In this document: positions 59,476 through 64,000 of the stretch, piece by piece | How the letters are laid out: each line of letters starts with the position of its first letter | Position numbering within the stretch: the stretch's first letter is position 1 | Assembly (NCBI GenBank): GCA_025060615.1 | Contig: JANXBS010000002.1 | Span: forward strand, 65,244 to 129,243 | Reading direction: 5' to 3' | Length of the DNA stretch: 64,000 nucleotides | Origin: Anaerolineae bacterium | GTDB taxonomy: Bacteria; Chloroflexota; Anaerolineae; DUEN01 | Notes under the pieces: model-generated | What the model was told of the DNA's origin: nothing | Seen by the model: only the letters and a program-made list of their open reading frames with translations | Database searches by the model: none | Program-made: the position numbers and the translations under genes

Positions 59476-62400
59476 TCACAGCCCCGCCGGCGTGATGTAG
59501 ACATCGTCAAAGTAGAGCGTGCCGGTGGGGTTCGCTACGCCATTCCACGCGCCGATGCGCATCGTGAAAGTCGCTGCCGTCTTTAGCAAGTTAGCATCGT
59601 TCGGAATACGGCATCCGAGCAGAGTATTGTTGAAGTAAAAACATATCCTCACCGTCTCTGGGTCAATCTCGATGCGAGCCTCGTACCATTGATTCGGGTA
59701 GACAGGCTGATTGCTGGAGACGTCCCATTCGTGTCCTGTTGAGCTAGCAATACCGCAACCGAAGCTATGGACAAATAGGTCACAGGAGGTCCACCAATCT
59801 CGTCCCGGCGTTCCGATGTTCTCCGCCACGATCTGAATCTTCGGTGCCCATCTGTTGGCATCTGCGCTGAACTTTAACCGCGCCTGGAAGCGCTGTACCT
59901 GTCGTAGCGTGCGATGGAATGGCGCGTTTACCACCATTACCGTGTCTCGCTCAGCCGGCGCATTCCCCGTCGTGGTCAGCATCATAACGCCATTTTGCTG
60001 CTGCATAGTGAAGTAGCTGCTATCCCCCCCAAATCGCCATTTGAGCGGATTGTACAAGCCGTCAAAGAGAGGGTTGTTAAAGTCATCATACAGGATCATC
60101 AGCGGATTGTATTCCCGCGTCACCAGCGGCAGGAAGAGCCGATGAGCGATCCGGATATAGGCCGAGCGGGCTTTCACGTCTGTATCCACCCCATCCTGCA
60201 CCGTAAGAATGACGGTGTAGCTTCCCGGCGTGTTGTAGGTGTGCTGGACGGTGGGCGCGTTGCTCACCAACGGCGCTGAGCCATCGCCGAAGTCCCAAGT
60301 GGCGATCGTCACATCGCCGCCTGAAAGATTAGTGAACGTTACCGCTGTGCCCGGTGACCCCACCCGTGGGCTGGCGCTGAAGTCAGCAGTAACAGTCTTC
60401 TTCCACACCTCCCCACCGTTGGCCCAATTGGTCGTACCTAGATAGAGACGGTTGTTGTGGACCGCCATGGCGCTCAGCCATACATAGCTGTTATTGCTGT
60501 CGCCCAACCCACCATCGGCCACTAGCTCCCAGTCCGTGCCATTAGCTGTGCGCCAGAGCTGCAGCCCAGTGCTGTAATTCGCCACCGCAGCATAAAGATG
60601 TCCGCCGAAGACGGCGCCGCCGAAGATGTACTGGTTCTGAGGGTTGTTGAAGCCATTATCGGCTACCTTGATCCAATCGCTCTGGCTGCTGCAGATGGTC
60701 GCTGTACATCGCCAGACCTCGGCACCCTTTGACGTGCCGCCTACACGCGAGATGTAAGCATAGAGAGCGTTGTTGAACACGATGAGCTTCTCTACCCGGT
60801 GTGCCTCTACATCGCCGAAGCCGGGATTGTTAACTTGCGTCCAATTTGCCCCATCGTAACGCCATACCTCGCCCCCCAGCGGGCCGTTCGAATGGGCATC
60901 GTCTTGCCAATCTCCGTGGCGGGTGCCGGCATACAGATAGCCGTTATATTCAGCCAGCGACAGCACACCCGTATTATACGGATCGTCGAAGCCGCCCGAG
61001 GCAATCCGCTGCCAGTTCTGACCATCCGCCGTACGCCAGATTTCAGCGCCCAACGTGTTCCGGTCGCCCCTCTCCAGAGTGGCGTACAGGTGGCCACCAA
61101 ACGAAGCCATGATGGGTACCCATCGGTAGTCACTACCGATGCTGCCCGGGGGCGTCACGTTTTCCCAATGGATTCCATCGGCTGTGCGCCAGAACTGGGG
61201 GCCGTTGGTGTGCCAGGTGGAACAATTGGGATCATCGCATACGAAAGTGAACGTGGCCACGTAGAGGTGGTCATGGAACACGGCCATGGCATCAATTTCA
61301 TCATTGGTCGAGTCGCCGAAGCCCAACGTATTGACCGTGCGCCACGTGCCGTCAGGCTCCAGCCGCCAGACATAGGGCTGAAAGCCCGTGGCATAGAGGT
61401 GCCCCTTAAAGCTAGCCAGGCTGCTGATCCAGATGTTCTGCCGATCCCCAAACCCATTGATGTTCACCTGCTTCCACCCTGGCACACCGGGAGCGAACTT
61501 CTGGATGCGATGGTTGTTGTTAACCTCAGAGATGTAAACGCTATCATCTGGGCCGATAGCGATGCCGAAAGCATGTCGGAAGCGCCCCACTTGAACCCCG
61601 CTTACACCGCCAATCGTGGTCAGGTAGGCGTTGCCGTTAGCAAAGTTGTCGAACACCTGTACTCGGCTGTTGCCAGAGTCCGTCACGTAGAGCCGCTCCT
61701 GGCTATCCACGGCGAGATGATGCGGCCCCCAATCGCTGAAGCGGTCAAAGCTGTTACCCGTCCCTCCTCCGCCGATGGTACGCACATACTGGCGATTACT
61801 ATCAAACACCTGTATGCGATTATTGCCATCGTCAGCCACATAAATATAGCCGTTCTTGTCCACGGCCACATCAGAGGGGCAATTGAAACGATCGTTGGTC
61901 GAGCCGGATTGACCGGTTACACCCAGTGTGGCGACATAGGCGAAGTTGCGATTGTAGATCTGCACGCGGTGGTTGCCGCAGTCAGCGATGTAAAGGTTGC
62001 CTTGGCGATCAAACCCGAGGCCTCGCGGGTTAATGAACTGGTAATTACCGCTGCCGTGGCCGCCAAAGCCGCTATAATAGCTTCCATCAGGATTGAAGAT
62101 TTGCAAGCGGTGGGTTGCGCCAGGCATCCAGTGCACAAGACCCCGCCCTTCCAGCGTATAGATGCGCCCGTCTGGCCCAACAGCTACGTCTGTCAGGAGG
62201 CTGAAGTGAGCGTTGTCATCGCCTTGCTGGCCAGCCTCACCCTTAACCCACTGAGGAATGCCGCTCGCGTCCAGCTTGATCAAGCGATGACCTAAGCCCT
62301 CGACCACGTAAATGCTCTCATCCGGCCCAATTGCTACGCTCTCCGGATGGTTGAATCGGTCATTCGTCGTCACGTAGGAGATCCCCGTGGTGCCATAGGT

Positions 62401-63582
62401 ACGCTGATAGACGTGGCTACTGTTGTATTGCTGCACGCGCTTGTTGCCAAAGTCGGCTACGTAGATGTTGCCCGAAGCGTCTATGGCTACGTCGGTGGGG
62501 AAATTGAACTGATAGGTGCCTGTACCATACCCTGTACCCAGCGTAGCCACGTAAGCCATCGTGTTGCGGTTAAAAATTTGCACACGATGGTTGCGGGTGT
62601 CGGCGACGTAAATGTAATTTGCATCCACCGCCACGCCATGCGGCTCGCGGAACTGGTTATTGCCTGACCCAGGCGAGCTGGTCTGGCCCAGCGTGGCGAT
62701 ATAGCTGGGCGCAGCGGGGTTATTAATATTGAAAATCTGCACGCGATGATTAGCTGCGTCAGCCACGTAGAGTCGGTTACCATAGATAGCAATGTACCGA
62801 GGCCAGCACAGTTGCGTGCTGCCCGTCCCGCATGGCCCGCCACCGATGGTAGCAATGTGGTTGCCGCTGCTGTTGAAAATCTGCACACGGTTATTGCCGT
62901 AATCACTGCCCCAATAGCCGCTATCACTAATGTAAACGTTGCCAGCGCTGTCAATTGCAATGCCGAACGGATCGTTGAAGCGTGCGTTGTCTGCGCCGCG
63001 ATTCCACATCTGGCCCAACTGGGCAACGCGCTTGCCACTACTGTCAAACTTCGCTACGTGTGCTGATTCCGCATCCACCACCCAGACGTTTCCGCTCGCG
63101 TCTTCCACTACATCCGTGACACGGTACAGTGAGCCATTTGTATAGTCGCGCACGCCAGCTTTGCCGATTTTCCGGATGAAGTCGCCATTGGCGTCGAACT
63201 TGAGCACACGCGAGCCGAGGTGATCACCGATCCACACAGCGTTGCCAATGGTGCTGATGCCCTCCACGTAGTAGAAATGCGTGTCGGTCTCGATATACGG
63301 CTCCTCGGTCACGCCGAAGGTTTGCACATAACGGAAGCTCAGCCCCGGCTGGCCGAGGGGGATGGCGGCAGCCTCCACCCCAGGCTTTTCACCTCTCAGA
63401 CGGGCAAGGGGAGCTGACTCGCCTAGGAAGAGCTTGCCCTCCCACTCCGGCCCCACCGGAGGCACAGACGGCTCCGCCGGAGCTCTCACAGGCGGCTGGG
63501 GCCCTTGCGCGCCCACGGTCCACAGGATCGAGGGAGTTAGGACGAAAACCAAGATGCTGATCAATAACTGCTTCGCCTTCAT
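59476..63582 (-). CDS. Giant secreted protein: NHL-repeat beta-propeller, then a 6-bladed propeller of an unnamed ~50-aa repeat, a PKD domain and a C-terminal LamG/ConA-like domain
   Basis: Signal peptide MKAKQLLISILVFVLTPSILWTVGAQG. At least 10 NHL repeats (LYVADAANHRVQIFN, IYVADTRNHRVQIFN, LYIADCGNHRVQIYN, IYVADDGNNRIQVFD...). Six repeats of W(R/K)TxDGxxW...GFGDxxN....F.GxLYAGT. PKD motif WDFGDGS...HTY..PGSYTV.LTV. About 250-aa C-terminal domain. Confidence 0.8.
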   Translation of the reverse strand: MKAKQLLISILVFVLTPSILWTVGAQGPQPPVRAPAEPSVPPVGPEWEGKLFLGESAPLARLRGEKPGVEAAAIPLGQPGLSFRYVQTFGVTEEPYIETDTHFYYVEGISTIGNAVWIGDHLGSRVLKFDANGDFIRKIGKAGVRDYTNGSLYRVTDVVEDASGNVWVVDAESAHVAKFDSSGKRVAQLGQMWNRGADNARFNDPFGIAIDSAGNVYISDSGYWGSDYGNNRVQIFNSSGNHIATIGGGPCGTGSTQLCWPRYIAIYGNRLYVADAANHRVQIFNINNPAAPSYIATLGQTSSPGSGNNQFREPHGVAVDANYIYVADTRNHRVQIFNRNTMAYVATLGTGYGTGTYQFNFPTDVAIDASGNIYVADFGNKRVQQYNSSHVYQRTYGTTGISYVTTNDRFNHPESVAIGPDESIYVVEGLGHRLIKLDASGIPQWVKGEAGQQGDDNAHFSLLTDVAVGPDGRIYTLEGRGLVHWMPGATHRLQIFNPDGSYYSGFGGHGSGNYQFINPRGLGFDRQGNLYIADCGNHRVQIYNRNFAYVATLGVTGQSGSTNDRFNCPSDVAVDKNGYIYVADDGNNRIQVFDSNRQYVRTIGGGGTGNSFDRFSDWGPHHLAVDSQERLYVTDSGNSRVQVFDNFANGNAYLTTIGGVSGVQVGRFRHAFGIAIGPDDSVYISEVNNNHRIQKFAPGVPGWKQVNINGFGDRQNIWISSLASFKGHLYATGFQPYVWRLEPDGTWRTVNTLGFGDSTNDEIDAMAVFHDHLYVATFTFVCDDPNCSTWHTNGPQFWRTADGIHWENVTPPGSIGSDYRWVPIMASFGGHLYATLERGDRNTLGAEIWRTADGQNWQRIASGGFDDPYNTGVLSLAEYNGYLYAGTRHGDWQDDAHSNGPLGGEVWRYDGANWTQVNNPGFGDVEAHRVEKLIVFNNALYAYISRVGGTSKGAEVWRCTATICSSQSDWIKVADNGFNNPQNQYIFGGAVFGGHLYAAVANYSTGLQLWRTANGTDWELVADGGLGDSNNSYVWLSAMAVHNNRLYLGTTNWANGGEVWKKTVTADFSASPRVGSPGTAVTFTNLSGGDVTIATWDFGDGSAPLVSNAPTVQHTYNTPGSYTVILTVQDGVDTDVKARSAYIRIAHRLFLPLVTREYNPLMILYDDFNNPLFDGLYNPLKWRFGGDSSYFTMQQQNGVMMLTTTGNAPAERDTVMVVNAPFHRTLRQVQRFQARLKFSADANRWAPKIQIVAENIGTPGRDWWTSCDLFVHSFGCGIASSTGHEWDVSSNQPVYPNQWYEARIEIDPETVRICFYFNNTLLGCRIPNDANLLKTAATFTMRIGAWNGVANPTGTLYFDDVYITPAGL

Positions 63583-63779
63583 TGTGCACCTCCTTTTTCT
63601 TGATATAGAGATACAGCGGCTGTATACAACTGCCTGTTCAGATACATCGTCCAGGCCATGCTTTCATCTACCATTCACCTCTTAAATTGCTCGATCTGGA
63701 CATTAGCGGCATTGTAGAGTGAGTGGGATTCTTGTCCAGGAGGATGTGCTCATTGTGGCCTCCTCCGTCTTCTCCTTAA

Positions 63780-64000
63780 TCACCTACTTATCACCGGCAG
63801 GAAAATCACGTGTGGCAGATACAACCAGATCTCCCCGCCATCAACGGTGTTCTCCGTGCCTACGAAAAGGCGATCTTGGAAGATAGTCACGGCGTTGTCC
63901 CAACGGGACCGAATGTTTTTGTGATCGCCAAAGCCGGCAAAGCCCACCTGCTCCCAGACGTTGCCATCTGTTGTTCGCCATACTTGCATTCCCGTTGCGG
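63780..64000 (-). CDS. 3' end of a paralogous propeller-repeat protein; gene continues beyond the window end
   Basis: VWRTTDGNVWEQVGFAGFGDHKNIRSRWDNAVTIFQDRLFVGTEN matches the WRTxDG...GFGD...LYxGT repeat of the 1368-aa protein. The reading frame is open to the window edge. Confidence 0.5.
   Translation of the reverse strand, partial: ATGMQVWRTTDGNVWEQVGFAGFGDHKNIRSRWDNAVTIFQDRLFVGTENTVDGGEIWLYLPHVIFLPVISR

Overview
This is a high-GC window (roughly 60-65% by eye, not computed) of bacterial chromosome, densely coded. Gene content suggests a Chloroflexota-like or Deinococcus-Thermus-like thermophile (inference from Uma2 nucleases, archaeal-type ApgM, a CarH/LitR regulator and TGnTATAAT promoters). 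I found no rRNA, tRNA, CRISPR or transposase/integrase genes.

Main blocks, all read from sequence and the ORF track:

(1) 1-11.9 kb, minus strand: a light/B12-responsive photoprotection super-operon. It runs CarH/LitR-like MerR-B12 regulator -> crtB -> crtI -> MFS -> CrtD/CrtO-like desaturase -> TspO(CrtK)-like -> DoxX -> CPD photolyase -> SRPBCC, then a cytochrome P450 (CYP175-like candidate carotenoid hydroxylase). The P450 is ATGA-coupled to a fused lycopene-cyclase-domain gene that runs off the window start. That partial gene is absent from the ORF track and was recovered by hand translation.

(2) 12.2-16.1 kb, minus strand: a TetR-regulated operon of two MFS transporters (one BCD/PucC-like) plus a membrane protein.

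(3) 16.3-21.7 kb: an orphan 981-aa FtsX-type permease, a URO-D-like protein and a GT4 glycosyltransferase.

(4) 21.9-30.2 kb, minus strand: a tightly packed seven-gene operon behind a consensus sigma70 promoter. Order is 2H phosphoesterase (LigT/ThpR-like) -> PolX -> SH3b membrane protein -> NAD-ligase LigA -> Uma2 nuclease -> TIGR00300/LOR-SDH (ornithine cyclodeaminase-like) -> CpXC protein. I read this as a possible dedicated strand-break healing, filling and sealing module.

(5) 30.3-35.6 kb: a sugar-phosphate isomerase, then two tandem translationally coupled FemAB-family paralogs (apparently leaderless). Downstream is a 675-aa secreted DUF11/SdrD-B-like surface protein with an unusual C-terminal hydrophobic plus RRRR sorting-signal-like tail and a textbook intrinsic terminator.

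(6) 36.4-39.7 kb: a molybdopterin oxidoreductase ATGA-coupled to a YbaK/ProX deacylase, and an atypical orphan OmpR-type response regulator.

(7) 40.3-58.2 kb: GH127, a DUF1858 protein, mutS, an AlbA_2/Schlafen-like regulator, lon, folC, archaeal-type apgM, an orphan MalK-like ABC ATPase, and ruvB-GATase-queA-tgt.

(8) 58.3-64 kb: an aldo-keto reductase, a 1368-aa secreted NHL/beta-propeller/PKD/LamG-like giant protein, and the 3' part of a paralog running off the window end.

Recurrent extended -10 (TGnTATAAT) promoters and a 13-nt identical palindromic motif shared by two promoters are noted.

Many long antisense or N-terminally extended ORFs in the track are high-GC artifacts. I chose starts by homology to family N-termini, RBS and overlap logic, and these are stated per feature.
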